This document shows positions 45,346 through 59,544 of a DNA stretch of 64,000 nt, one piece after another; positions within the stretch are counted from its first letter, which is position 1; every line of letters begins with the position of its first letter. The stretch is from NCBI GenBank assembly GCA_951406725.2, contig OX597818.1, positions 84,940,001 to 85,004,000 on the forward strand, read 5' to 3'. The notes beneath the pieces were generated by a model. That model saw only the letters and a program-made list of their open reading frames with translations, ran no database searches and was not told where the DNA came from. The DNA comes from Octopus vulgaris (lineage: Eukaryota). The position numbers and the translations under genes are program-made.

Positions 45346-46267
45346 GCATACATACATCTTACACATACACGACAGATTTCTATTCAGTTCCCGCCTACCA
45401 AATTCATTCCCGTGGCATCAGTCGAATCAAGGTAATATAAGACGATACATAATGAAGTTACTGTGAACCCGAAGCCAACTGGTTGCAAAGCTCCTTAACC
45501 ACAAAGTCATGCCTGCGCCTATAGATACAGTTCCTTCCATAACTACAACTAAATAGATTTTGTTTTACTTCGATTCTTCCCTGTTAATATTTTAGTTGAC
45601 TGGTTGACGATGACATGTTCAGCCACGATGTTAGTAACACACTACATGACGGTGAATTCAAGATTAAGGTGCATATTACTTAGATCCTAAAGAAAAAATG
45701 TCTTCTGTAATAAGATCAGAAGAATACTCGGGTCTCTATCAAGGCTGACAGTTGTGATAGTTGTAACATTAATGATGGAGAAGGCATATTCATCGTATAT
45801 AAAAAGCTACATTGTTGAAATATAGATAATAGAAACAAATTCACATTTTGAGTTCAAGAAAAGTCTTGCATATATTTACTGTTCCATTTGCAGAAAATAT
45901 TTCTAACGTGCGAGTTAGTTAGTTGATTGCCTCTTCTGGTAATCCTAGCTTATCCAGATTGTCACTTAGTACCTAATGGACCAATTATTAGTAGTATAAA
46001 TGTAAATTTATAATCTGAATATAAAAGCCGGAGCTTTCTGAGTGGCTGTCTATAGTTATCCTCTTTCTCTTTGATTTTCTAAGATATTCATATCAGTAGG
46101 ACAGCTGACCTCTGTAACGATACATACGCTTTTTGTCTATCCCAAACAATAATATCCAACCTCTTATGTTTGCGTTATGTATGCATTTATGTACGAATGT
46201 ATGTACATACACAGGATGGCCGCAGTCTGATGACTGAAACAAGTAAAAGAATAAAAGAATGTGTGTG

Positions 46268-46315
<48 letters not shown>

Positions 46316-46699
46316 TTCTTTTATTCTTTGTATGTATGCATGTATGTATGTATGTATATCATATTTGTAAGTATGAATGATTGTATGTAGTTACGTTTGT
46401 ACACGTGTGTGTGTGTGTATGCTTATGTGTATGCATGCATACACACATCCACTGATGTATTTATGTACATACGTATACACATTCAGATGTACGTACATAT
46501 GTATATGCGCATGTGTAAATGTAACAATGTATGTATGAATGCATGTATGTATGTATGAATGTATGCATGTGTGTTTGTATGTATATATATATGAGTTCCA
46601 ATCGTAATTACATTTTTTAAGACAATTCATTATTATTTCAGAAAAACATGAAGGAAGGAAGGAAACTAAGAAGAAATAATGGTATTTTCTACTTCTTTT

Positions 46700-47247
46700 T
46701 ATCTATTCTGACCATAATGCTGTTACTAGTCGTGGTGAAGATGGTGGTTCTTGAGATGGTAATGTCAGCAATTTTTGGTGATAGTGGGGGAGACAGGTGG
46801 AGGGTGTGGTGGTGTGGTGTAGTGACGGTAGTAGTGACGGTAGTGGAGGAAAGGATAGTGGTGATGCTGATAGTGGTAGTGGTGAAGATAATGCTGGGGG
46901 TAAATGGCATTGGTAGTGGTGGTGGTGGTGGTGGTGGTGGTAGTAATAGAAATGGAGATTGTGGTTGTAACAATGGCGGCGTAGCTTTGTTGTTGATGTT
47001 CGCGTGGTAGTGGTGGTGAGGGTAGTGGTGGTGGAGGAGGTGGTCGTCGTCGTCATTGTGCTGGCGCTGATACTGGTGGTGATGGTATTAAGGAAATGTT
47101 GGTAACAATGATGGTGATGATGTCGTTCTTTATGTTGTTGTTGCTTGTGGTGGTGGTGGTGGTGGTGGTGGTGGTGGGGACGGCGTTGACGTCGATGATG
47201 GTCGTAATTATTGCTAGTTGCTGACTGTGAAAGAAAAACAATGGACT

Positions 47248-47291
<44 letters not shown>

Positions 47292-47627
47292 CGAGAGAGA
47301 GAGGAGGAGAGAGAAAAAAAGAGAGTGAGACAGAGAGTAAGATAGAGAGATGGAGAACAGAGGTAGAATGAGGTACAGACAAAGAGTGAGAGAGAGAGAG
47401 AAAGAGAGACTAGGAAGTGGGGAGTGTAGGTGATGGCAGCAAAAGAGAAAGAAATGAGACAAATTTAGTTTTGCGATGAAATATTTCACCAACTGACAAG
47501 AAGACAATATAGAGGAAATGATATATTTACTTTAATTAAACAATAGTCTTAACCACCATCATATCACCGACACAGTGACGGCACCGGTAGCAGCAGTAGC
47601 ACCAGGAGCAGCAGCAGAAGCAGCGGC

Positions 47628-47671
<44 letters not shown>

Positions 47672-47805
47672 GAGGAGGAGGAGGAGGAGGAGGAGGAGGG
47701 GTGGAGGTGGAGGAGGTGGAGGTGGAGGAGGTGGAGGTGGAGGAGGTGGAGGTGGAGGAGGAGGAAGGGAGTATAGGTGGGGAGGAATGATAGTTGGAGT
47801 GTCCT

Positions 47806-47858
<53 letters not shown>

Positions 47859-48550
47859 TCAGCAGCAGCAGCAGCAGCAATAGTACTAGTGGCGATGGTA
47901 GCAACTGTAGTTGTAGTAGCAGTGACAAAAATGTACAAATTGATAAAAAAAAAAAAGAAGACAAATCTGCAGATAAATAAACATTAAAAAAAATGAAATG
48001 AATAACAAAAAAAAAAGATACTTCAATAAAATTTATCCGAAAAATACTAGTATAGAGATGGAGGGAAAGTGAGTGGGGGAGAATGAGAGAAGAAAAAGAG
48101 TGGGGGGAAGCGAGGAAGGTAGAGATGAAATATTTCTAGTTGTAAATAAGTAATTAAAATCGTAAAAGATTTGCGGGGAGAAGTCGGTGTTATTGTGTTT
48201 GTTTTTAATGTTTTTAGAAAATATTTTTCTTTGTTTTCCTTACTACTTTACTATCGATGATGATGATGATGATGATGATGACGACGGCGATGATGAGATT
48301 CGTAACGATGGTAATGTTAATGATGATGACGGTTTTCGGTGATGGTAGTGGCAATGGTGCGTGGTGGTAGCGGTCACAATGATGGTAGGCGAAATCACGA
48401 GTTCTTGTGGTTGCGGTGATGGTCATCGAAGTGTTAGTACTAATGTCGGGGCCCATGATGATGATGATGGTGGTTGTGGTGGTGATGGTGGTGGCGATAA
48501 AGGAGGTGGACAGTATGAGGAGGGAGAGCATCATTACCACCACCACCACC

Positions 48551-48598
<48 letters not shown>

Positions 48599-48960
48599 TT
48601 CATCATCATCATCTTCCATCATCATCATCATCAATTATCCGCTATTTGATTGTTATTGCTGCAGCTACTGTTGTTGAAACTATTGTTATTACCACTCTTA
48701 CTACTACTACTATTACTACTACTACTACTACTACAACTACTACTACTAACACTACCACCACCACAAGCATTACTACTGCTGCTGCTGTTGCTCCTGTTGT
48801 TGCTTTTGTTGATTACCATTGTTGTTCTGTTTATGATTACGTTTTTGTTTTTCTTGTTATTGTTGTTATCGTTATGATGATGCTTGTTTTTGGTGTTAGT
48901 ATTGTTGTTGGTGGTGGTATTGTTATTGCTGTTGTTTTTGTTTATGTTGTTGTTGTTAAT
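46700..48960. repeat. Long mosaic of degenerate triplet repeats (GGT, GAT, AGT, GGA, CAT, ACT, GTT)
   Basis: Directly visible; similar tracts at 38390-38630, 41370-41800 and 54325-54660. Confidence 0.9.
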
Positions 48961-49143
48961 TCTACTTCTGATTCTTTTCGAAAAATGGAGGATACTCTAG
49001 AATTGTCAAGAATTAGAAAGGTTTCTTAGGGAAAGCTTAAAACTTTAAAAATAATAGAAATATTAAAATTACTAAGTCTCTCTTAATAATAATGTTTTGT
49101 TTTCATACTTTAATTTTCTAATGCCTATCTATCTCTCTGTCTG

Positions 49144-49215
<72 letters not shown>

Positions 49216-49349
49216 ATCTATCTATCTATCTATCTATCTACCTATCTATCTATCTATTTATCTATCTATTTGTTTATCTACTTAGCAATCTATCTCCGTC
49301 TATCTATCTGTTTATCTTTCTATCAACCTATCTGTCTGTTTGTCTGTTT

Positions 49350-49388
<39 letters not shown>

Positions 49389-49553
49389 ATCAACAATTTT
49401 GATTGAGTCAGGGAAGGAGGAGAGAGACAGACAGACAGAGATCGACAGAGAGAGAGAGATAGATATCGTGTGATAGACAGAGAATACGAGTAAGATATGG
49501 AAACAGGAAAAGAGAGGGGGAGACGCAACAAGAGAGAAAGAGAGAGGCGGAGA

Positions 49554-49938
49554 AAGGCAGCTGCGGTTTCAGCAACGCATTGTGAAATGCAGAAAGCAGG
49601 CTGAGGCGAGTAAGACAACTTAGTCATCCATTGCAACCGTCTCAATCCCCAAACGTCTTGACTGGGTCTTGCCACTGGATTTCTGATGGTCAAGAACGTA
49701 AGGGTGAGGCTAATTGCCAACTCGTTTTCACTCTAAACCAGTGGTTCTCAACAATTTTTTAACTATGGACTTCTTTCTTGCTATTTTATTCTGGCCTATA
49801 GACATTCGATGTTTAAAAAGTAGCTTTATAGAAATTGCTTTCACATTCCTATTTCGTTTTTTTTTCACACATTAACTTGTGTGGGTTGAACTATATAAAA
49901 TGTTAGAGAAAGAAACCGAACTGTTTCTTACAATATAT
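49554..49938 (+). repeat. Local ~385-bp duplicate of 52116-52503, including the MITE insertion junction
   Basis: aaggcagctgcgg...ttttcactctaaac|cag(t/g)ggttctcaac...cttacaatata is shared by both copies. Confidence 0.9.
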
Positions 49939-50728
49939 GGGGACAGGAAAAGAGAGGAGGGGCAAGAAGTCAAACAGACAGATACATAAGGGGAGTAAGA
50001 AGAGCAAGAGAGAGAGGCGCATGGAGAGAGAGAGGAAGAAGAAATGAGAGAGGGCGAGCCAACAAGAGGGGGAGCTAACAAGAGGAAGAGGGAGAGCCAA
50101 CAAGAGAAAATAAGAGGGATAACCAACAAGAGGGAGAGGGAGAGTTCTGATACCTTGACTGAGACAAGGAAATAAATAGGAACACGGAGCAAGAGAGAGA
50201 GATGGGGAAAACAACAAGAGAGAGAGAAAGTGGTAGCCAGAAAGAGACAGGACCAAAGACAAAAAAAAGAGAGAAGGAAGGAGAGTGAAATGCACTAAAA
50301 CAGAGAGGAAGTTGACTTCCCCCTTCCTCACTTCTCCATAAAACAATATTCCCACCTGAATTCTGAGCAATTTGCTGTTTTCTCTATCTGTTTCACTATT
50401 TCTATTTCTCTCCCAATCTGCTTATGTCCATCTTCTGATGAAGGACTAACATATGAAGCGTCAGTAAACATTTCCTTTCTATTAAAGCGTAAATCTAATA
50501 CTTTATTGGTTAAACATTATTCCTTCTGAGTTGTCGTTTCATTGTTAATTGATTGTAAACATTAGAAGCACGTTGTATTCATAATGTGATACAATTATGT
50601 GCATATATGTTCGAGTGTGTGTGTGTGCGTGTGTGTATGTGTGTGAGTGTGTATGCATGTATATAATATAAACATATATGTCTATACACACACAGACATA
50701 TATATATGTATATATATATGCATATATA

Positions 50729-50762
<34 letters not shown>

Positions 50763-50784
50763 GTGGTAAGAACTGATAGATCGT

Positions 50785-50950
50785 TAGCCAGTACACACAC
50801 TTTTTTTTCTCCCGTTTTTTTCTGCGTCCCTATCTGTAGAAGAGCGTAGGTTCGAAACGTAAAAGACTTTTTCTATTCCTGAGCGTTATACTAATACATC
50901 TGTTTGTTTTGTACACCACCTGTCTTCGTCTTTTCTTTTTTTCGTAAACT
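50785..50950 (+). mobile_element. Solo Penelope 3'-terminal fragment with hammerhead-like motif (50829-50867)
   Basis: ctgtagaagagcgtaggttcgaaacgtaaaagac...cctgagcg...caccacctgtcttcgtc matches 17880-18060. Confidence 0.85.
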
Positions 50951-50954
50951 CTTA

Positions 50955-51097
<143 letters not shown>

Positions 51098-51197
51098 TGT
51101 ATATATTTTGCTTAAGCATTGCGAGATCAATAACTCAATGTAGAGCTCAATATACGTATTTGTTTCAGAACGAAGTGTTGGCTTATTATGTGTGTGT

Positions 51198-51271
<74 letters not shown>

Positions 51272-51584
51272 TTGTGTGTGTGTGTGTGAATTTGAAGACA
51301 GATTTATTGAATAGAGGGCGAAATGTGTTTATATGATCTTCATACTTTCTCTAATGTTATTCTCTATGTAGCAGATGAAAAACAACTACAGTTAGGTTCA
51401 CACTTAAGCCATGATGACATTTTAACAATAATTACAAAGTTTCCAACACAAAGTTTCAATTTGCGTGTATTTTCTGCTTGTAGATGTATAGGTGTAAATA
51501 TGGTTGTGAAGGCCCTGTGTATGACTTCAGCCTGCATCTAGAAGTGGGGCCCTGATTCTGAAGTTCCAATGTTTGGAGTAATTC

Positions 51585-51746
51585 TTTTATTTGTTCCAGT
51601 CATTTGACTGCACCTATGATGGAGCACCGCCTTAATTCAATCCCAGTGCTTATTCTATCGTTTTCGTTTGTCAAACCACTAAGTTACAGTGACCGACAAC
51701 AGTTGTCAAGCGATGTAGCGGGGACGAACACACACACATGAATATG

Positions 51747-51778
<32 letters not shown>

Positions 51779-51940
51779 CGACCGGCTTCTTTCAGTTTTG
51801 TCAACAAAATCCACTCACAAAGCTTTGGTTGGCCCCAGGCTATGGCAGAAGACACATACCCAGCGTACCACGCAATGGGACTGAACCCAGAACCATGTGG
51901 CTGGGAAGCAAGTTTCTTACCACACAATCAAGACTGCGCC
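51585..51940 (-). mobile_element. Family B SINE
   Basis: Reverse complement of head, core and tail. Confidence 0.85.
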
Positions 51941-52300
51941 TATTGCATTGCTTCTTAGCCACTACGGTTCCAAGGTCTACTTTGACGCGGAGCAGAAGCA
52001 CAAGTCAGGCTCATAGCTGTTGGCTAATTAGAATGGTATGGCTTGCCAACCAATATATGTAAAGACTGGATCCGGCGAATTCTCTAGAAGAAACCTTTGC
52101 GGTTCAACGGAGAGGAAGGCAGCTGCGGCTGCAGCAACGCATTGTGAAATGCAGAAAGCAAGATGAGGCGAGTAAGACAACTCAGTCATTCATTGCAACC
52201 GTCTCCATCCCCAAACGTCTTGACTGGGTCTTGCCACTGGATTTCAAATGGTCAAGAGCGTAAGAGTGAGGCTAATTGCCAACTCGTTTTCACTCTAAAC

Positions 52301-52635
52301 CAGGGGTTCTCAACCATTTTTTAACTATGGACCACTTCCTTGCTATTTTATTTTGGCGAACCCCTATAGACATTCGATGTTTAAAAAGTAGTTTTATAGA
52401 AATTGCTTTCAAATTCCTATGTCGTTTTTTCACACATTAACTTGTGTGGGTTGAACTATATAAAATGTTAGAGAAAGAAACCGAACTGTTTCTTACAATA
52501 TATACATTTCAATTAAAATTTTTTCAGAGTCCCTCAAAAATACTATTCTGGGTCTCCAAACTACTATTTTGTGTGAACCCCCAAAATCTTATGTGGAACT
52601 TCAGGAATCATACGGACACCGGGTGAGAACTACTG
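52301..52635. mobile_element. Complete hAT-type MITE with perfect 8-bp TSD
   Basis: ctctaaac|caggggttctcaacc ... gggtgagaactactg|ctctaaac. Confidence 0.92.
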
Positions 52636-53092
52636 CTCTAAACAATGACTCTGTGCAAGTCATCAGTCGTTCTTAAGGATGACTAGATGCTCCTTGTTGT
52701 TCCGAGGGACGAACATGGTGTGAGAATGTGTGTGTGTCTGAGTGTGTGGGTATGAGTGCGTGTGAGTTAGTACAATCATGAATGTGTGTCTATGAGAATA
52801 TATTTGAAAATATATGTATGAGGGAGGTATATGTGAGAGAGAGTTTATCATAGTATTTGTGTGGTATGTGTGTATATATATGTGTGTGAGTGTGTGATTG
52901 TATTATGAGTGTGACTGTATATGCGAGTGCCTGTATAAGTGTGAATGAGAGTGTGTGAATGTATGTATGATTGAGAGGACATCTGTGTTTTTTCATGCGA
53001 CTGAAAAGAGTCTCCTAAAGCTATGCCAAAATAGATTATTAGGACGCCCACATATACAAATACACTTACATACACACATATATATGAATGTA

Positions 53093-53128
<36 letters not shown>

Positions 53129-53249
53129 TGTGTGTGGATAGATACATACATACATGCATACTTACATACATATGCATACATTCATTCATACATACATATA
53201 TACGTGTATAATTGTCTCTATACACATACACGCACAGACACGCATACAC

Positions 53250-53282
<33 letters not shown>

Positions 53283-53776
53283 ACGGGAAGCTTTATGAAA
53301 ATAAACGAAAGACGAAGGCAGGTGGAATACAAACTAAAAATTGTATTAGTATGGTGCTCAGGAATATAAATAAAACAAGTCTTTTACGTTTCGAGCCTAC
53401 GCTCTTCAACAGAAAGATACACAGAAAAGAAACACGGAAAGAAACAAGGAGAGAAAAAAAATGCGTGCAGAAGCTAGCGAATCAACATGGCGATCTGATT
53501 CCGGCCAGAAGTCAAAGATCAAACGTGAGACGCAAGAGCGAAAATAGGGGAGATAACAGGGTCAAATGACCAACGCCTCAACATAAGGGTGTGTGTGTGT
53601 ATGAGAGAGTATGTAATGCATATGAGAGGTCTGGACGTGTGTTTGTATGTATGATGTGATGTGTAATGTCGTATGGTGTAGTGTAGAGAGAGGAGATGAG
53701 GGGTGAGGGGATGGGGAGGAGGGGGAGGTAAGAGTGAGAGAGGGGAGAGGAGAGATGAGGGGGAGAGGGGAGGGGG
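53283..53776 (-). mobile_element. 5'-truncated Penelope 3' end with hammerhead-like motif (53380-53417)
   Basis: Reverse complement of ~17665-18070. Confidence 0.9.
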
Positions 53777-53856
53777 AATATACAATATATATTATATAAC
53801 GTAATATACATACATATGTATATTATTGTCTCTATACATATATATATTTGTATGTG

Positions 53857-53892
<36 letters not shown>

Positions 53893-54006
53893 GATGTATG
53901 TATGTATGTATATGCGTTTCTTCGTGGTTTCAATCATCTCTTTTTTTACTCAATATAAACAGAATAGATGAGTGTTGTCAGGCAAATATATCTACGCGGG
54001 CGTGTA

Positions 54007-54096
<90 letters not shown>

Positions 54097-54342
54097 TGTG
54101 TGTGTGAGTTTTGTATAGACAGGGCAAAGATGGTGGGTCACAATGTTAGGGCAAGCAAGTTCAAAGAAGGAAGTCTAAGACACTTTTATATAGATAGAAA
54201 GAGATAACCAACGGCGGACCGTCATAACGGGTTAAGGGACAGGGAAGACATAGGGAAAGAGATGGACAAGGCGTAGATGGTTGAAATGCGTTTGTGAAAA
54301 ACAGAGAAAGGACAAAAATCGTAGCTGATGTTGATGATGATA

Positions 54343-54394
<52 letters not shown>

Positions 54395-54906
54395 GGAGGA
54401 GGAGGAGGAGGGGGAGGAGGAGGTCGAGGTCGACGACGACGACGACGATGACGGCGAAGAAGACGACGATGACGGCGAAGAAGACGACGATGACGGCGAA
54501 GAAGACGACGGTGACGAAGACGACGGCGACGATGGCGACGATGATGATGGTAGATAGTGGTGGGAGGATGGTGGTAAAAGTGGGGGTGGGGGTGCTGGTG
54601 ATGATGATGAAAACGACGTCGGAGATAATGATAATGATGACGACGCAAAGAGTGATGGCGGCGGCACGGCTGTGGCAACGTGGTAGATGATGATAGGCGG
54701 TAGGAAGAAAAGGAAGAGGAGGACGACAAGACCATCTGAGATGACGACCACAACAGGAATACAAATAAAAAGAAATGCGGAAAACTAGAACAGAAACAAC
54801 ACAACAAACGGAAACCAACAAAACACAGCATGCGGAAAAATATACGATAACACAACAAACGGCAAACAGGACAAAAACAAGAGACACGGGTGTGTGTATA
54901 TATACA

Positions 54907-55064
54907 GGCGCAGGCGTAGCTGTGTGGTAAGAAGTCTGCTTACCAAACACATGGTTCTAGGTTCAGTCCCACTTCCTGGCACCTTGGGCAAGTGTCTTCT
55001 ACTATAACCTCGGACTGACCAAAGCCTTGTGACTTTGATACAAGAAAAATGAAAGAAGCCCGTC

Positions 55065-55110
<46 letters not shown>

Positions 55111-55330
55111 ATGTGTGTTTATGTATGTCTTTGTGTCTATGTTTGCCCCCCCCCCCCCATCATTTGACAACCGATGTTAGTGTGTTTACGTCCCCGTAAC
55201 TTAGCAGTTCAGCAAAAGTGAATGATAGAAGTACTAAGCTTACAAAGAATAAATCCTGAAGCCAATTTGCTCGACTAAGGGCGGTGCTCCAGCGTGGCTT
55301 CAGGCAAATGACTGAAGGAATTAAATGAAT
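54907..55330 (+). mobile_element. Family B SINE, full length
   Basis: ggcgcaggcgtagctgtgtggtaagaag...ggttcagtccc...caccttgggcaagtg...atgactgaag. Confidence 0.88.
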
Positions 55331-55410
55331 AAAAGAACATATGCGTATGCATATTCAACCATATTCAACTTTTCCCTTTTTTCTTCTCTATGCTCCTCTT
55401 TATGTATTCT

Positions 55411-55508
55411 GCACTCTGATGAAGCTTCATGTTTCAGATCGGTTTTATTACCAAACAATATTGGCAATACCAAACAACATTGGAAGCAGAAACAGCTGTT
55501 AGATGGGA
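55411..55508 (+). ncRNA. Hammerhead-like motif with canonical core and long stem II insert, probably decayed
   Basis: CTGATGA (55416-55422) A GCTTC ... GAAGC A GAAAC AGCT GTT; stem I pairs poorly. Confidence 0.4.
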
Positions 55509-55769
55509 TGTAGTCTATCTGTATTGAATTAATAAATAATGATTGATGTAAGTTAATTGTTGTTCATCAATATTTCTCCATCTGTTTTCTTTAAATTATG
55601 ATTCTTGATAAACTCATGTTTATCTTTGTCGTTACCTGTAATTTATGAGCATGATATACTTGCATATGTATGCTCATGATTAAACATAGGTAATATACCG
55701 GTAGTGTAAAGGATACTTCTATCCCTTAGACGGTTATTTTAACCTCTAACTCAGCTAACCTATATATAT

Positions 55770-57125
55770 AGGGAGAATTCACACAAAAAAATGAAGACGA
55801 AGACAGGTGGTGTAGACAACAAACAGATGTATTAGGTTAACGCTCAGAAAGTGAAAAAGTCTTTAACGTTTCGAGCCTACGCTCTTCCACAGAAAGAAAC
55901 AAGGAGAGAAAATAAAGAATGTGTAGTGGCTAGCGATCTACCACGGCGAATGCCGGACAGAGAGGTCACACAAGAGAGCTAGGAAGAAGAAGAGATAACA
56001 GAGTAGTGGTGATCCCAAAACGAAGGTGTGCGTGCGTGTGTATAAGAGAGTATGTACGTGCGTGTGGAAGAGGGCTGGTGACCTTGATGTGTGCGTGTGT
56101 GTTTTGTAAGTGTGTGGATGTGGGGCTGGGAAGTGGTCAGTGCTAGTGTGTGCGTGGTGGTGTTATGTGATGTGATGTGGTGTTGTGTCGTGTATGGTGT
56201 AGTGATGTGTGGTGTGGTGTGATGGTGTTGGGAGGTGGGAGAGGTGAAAGTGGAGAAAACAAGGGTGGGGTGTGGGTTAGGCTGAGGGTGAGGGTACAGG
56301 TGGGGTATGTGGGAGTGTGTGTTAAGGATGGGGTGGGATGGAGTGGATAGGGAAGGTGGGTTGGTTTGTGTAGGGGTGAGGTGGGGTGGGATTACGATGG
56401 AGGGATAACGATGAAGGGGGAAGGGAGAAGGTGTATAGGAGTGAAGAGAAGTAGAAGTCGGAGCAAGAGAGGAGAGGTGGGTGGGAGGAAGTAGATGCAA
56501 GCGGGAGAGAGGAGAGGGGAGGACAGTTGAGCCCATGTGCCGCAAAGGAGCTCAGAGAGAAAGTTAATCCCTGTTCACGTCGCAAACGGAGTCCGCATGG
56601 CCCCTGTGCAAGGACAATCCAAACACAGGCAGGTGTTGCAAAGAGTGGCCGGTAGAGCGGAAATGGCGCGAGACCGGGGTTTCATTACCCAGTCGGATGT
56701 CTCGGAGGTGTTCCGCGAACCGGTCAGCCAGGCGGCGTTCCGTTTGCTCGATGTATAAATAAGGGCAGAGAGAACAGGAGATGCAGTAGATAACATTGGT
56801 AGAAGTGCAGGTGAAGGAGTCGGTGATGTGATAGGATCGATGATAGTGAGGAGGGTGGTGTGGGAGAGGTAAGGGCAAATGCGGCAGCGTGGGCGGGAGC
56901 AGGGGTACGAGCCAGGTTGGGAGGTTGGTTTAGGGAAGAAGCTGTGGACCAAGAGGTCTCGTCGGTTGTGGTCTCGTTTGAAGGAGGGGAGGGGTCGGTT
57001 AGGGAAGATGTGCGAAGTGGAGGGGTCGGACTGGAGTCACCGGAAGGTCGGTGAATGGTGCGTTGGAGAGGTAGGGTGGTGGGGTGGTAGGCGAGGGGAA
57101 ACGGGAGACGGCGGAGCGGGTGCGT
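55770..57125 (-). mobile_element. Second Penelope-like copy: GIY-YIG remnant, C-rich tract and terminus with hammerhead-like motif (55860-55897)
   Basis: PCSRPRCRICPY and FTCTSTNVIYCISCSLCPYLYIEQTERRLADRFAEH; homologous to 16400-18060. Confidence 0.9.
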
Positions 57126-57150
57126 AAGGAGAGAGCATATGCACATTTAC

Positions 57151-58097
57151 TCTTTTATTCGGTTCAGCCATGCGGCCGTGGTCATGCTGGAGTACCACCA
57201 TGGTCTTTCTAACTTCTTCAATCTGGGTGTTTCCCATCATCACTCCTATATGTGCCTTTGTCCCAGATGTTGGTACATTTGGTGTATAAGGGAGTTTGAT
57301 TCTGCTACCCTCATCTCTACTTCATGTCGGGCATGGTTCCTCCGGTATTGTGGAGAGGAGGATGTCCAGCTCCTTTTTGAAGACATCTACTTCCACCTCA
57401 TGCAAATTTCTTAATTTTTGTGGCTAAGCATTGAAGAGCTGTGGGTCTTTGAACCTTAGATTATTGCAGTACCTGGTCTTGAATTTAGATGGAGTGGATT
57501 GTACCTTTCGTACAATACAATGGCGGCCAGTTCTGGCATTTGTATAACACTCAATGCCAAAGTTAGGTACTAGCATATGTATATTGTTGCATATCTCTCA
57601 TGCCTTCGCTCTAGGGAGTAAAGCTGTAGTTTTCTCAACCTATTCCTGTAGCTCATCCGTTGCACTGTTTCAGTCTTTTTAGTGTAGTGGCGTTGGACTA
57701 CTACAAGCTCCGCTCTTAGTTTGGCACTGTGTGGTGACCATAACTGGAAGCAGTAGTCCAGGCGGCTGAGAACAGAGGTTCTCCACAGGGTCAACATAAT
57801 TTCTTGGTCTCTTGTCTTGAAGGACCTCAGTATCCATCCTCAATGTTGATGTATTCGATGGCTCGCGCCCCCTTTCTTAGAGTTGCAATATCAAAGAATT
57901 CAGTCGGATTCTTTATCTGCATGTGTCCTAGTCGGGAAGTGAAGACGCTTTTAAATTGTTCACTGAGTATCTCATTTATCCTTCCTGGGTCCGCCATGAT
58001 TCTCTTGGAACAATACTCCATATTCCATATTGTATTATGGCTGTTTCCTTTGAGAATTTATCGAAAGCTCTGGGATTTGTTTTATGCTTACCACAGT

Positions 58098-58163
<66 letters not shown>

Positions 58164-58578
58164 TCTTTCCCTTTCGTGAGAGAGTTTAAGAGCGTCCGTG
58201 TTAAGATAGACTTCTCTCTATCTTTCAGTTGCCTATTCAACCGCTTTGAGATCTTTGACCTGCATCTCATGAGGATTTTCTGTCCCTGTGAATCTTGTTT
58301 GACAGTGTGCTGGCCTTTCTTTCTGGAATATATTTAGTGCATATAGTTTGCACAGTTGACATAAACTGCCTGAGTTTCAGATCAATGCCTTGCATGCACA
58401 GAATGTTGGACCAGTTTCGTTTGTGGATCTCTTTGCGGATTGATTCCCATTTAGACTTATGGAAATTTGGATTGGATAAGGCTTTAGTACTCCTTATAGG
58501 GTAGATACCAATAGTTCGCGCAGGACCATACATAGTTAGTACAACAATGTTGTGATCTGAGAGGCCTTTGGTGCCCAT
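57151..58578 (-). pseudogene. APE-type LINE remnant with internal deletions and 3' tail
   Basis: LSDHNIV (APE end), INEILSEQFKSVFT, SRLDYCFQLWSP, YSLERRHERY; tail at 57151-57199. Confidence 0.85.
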
Positions 58579-58581
58579 TAT

Positions 58582-58632
<51 letters not shown>

Positions 58633-58808
58633 ACTGGCTTCGTTCAGTTACCGTCTACCAAATACAGGATTTGGTCGGCCCGAGGCTATAGTAGAAGACA
58701 TTTTTGCTCAAGGTGCTACGCAGTGGGACTGAATCTGGAACCATGTGGTTGATAAGCAAGCTACTTACCACACAGCCACTCCTGCGCCTATCTATCTATC
58801 AATCTATC

Positions 58809-58870
<62 letters not shown>

Positions 58871-59458
58871 GATATGTAGAAAATTACAAACTGAGACAAG
58901 AACGCATAGGAACTTAGAAGACGATACAACAAACACAGACAGGACATTCGAAGCCCTCAGTCTTCAGTCAAGAACCGGATCATCGTAGTAATTTCGGGTA
59001 TATATATATAAGCACACACACATGCACACGCACACATACACACATATATCTATATCACAGGGAATAGGGGCTCACGGTAAGCTCTCCACCGGGTGTCCGA
59101 CTATCATGGAAGACAGTAGTAGAGTTTAGGGAATCCTTCTCAAAACACAGGAATCACAATGATGGAGAGTATATGATAATTAACCGAAATTCAGACAAAT
59201 AGTAAATGAAATATTTATTCCATTTCTCGACTGCTGTTTCCTAATCTGTTGCATCAGCGACGCTAATGCATCCCGCACACACACACACACACACACACAC
59301 ATATCTCTTTTATCTCTTTTACTTGTTTCAGTCATTTGACTGCGGCCATGCTGGAGCACCGCCTTTAGACGAGCAAATCGATCCCAGGGCTTATTCTTTG
59401 GAAGCCTAGTACTTATCCTGTCGGTCTCTTTTGCCGAAATTATATATACGTGTGTGTA

Positions 59459-59544
<86 letters not shown>

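Noticed and set aside
50435-50465. Hammerheads at CTGATGAAGG...GAAGCGTC and at 59226-59260 on the minus strand (CTGATGC...GAAACAGCAGTC)
   Set aside because: Core bases are altered and stems I and II cannot form; at most decayed remnants
54161-54950. Three overlapping ~200-aa ORFs
   Set aside because: Caused by GAT/GAG/GAC repeats; no domain signal
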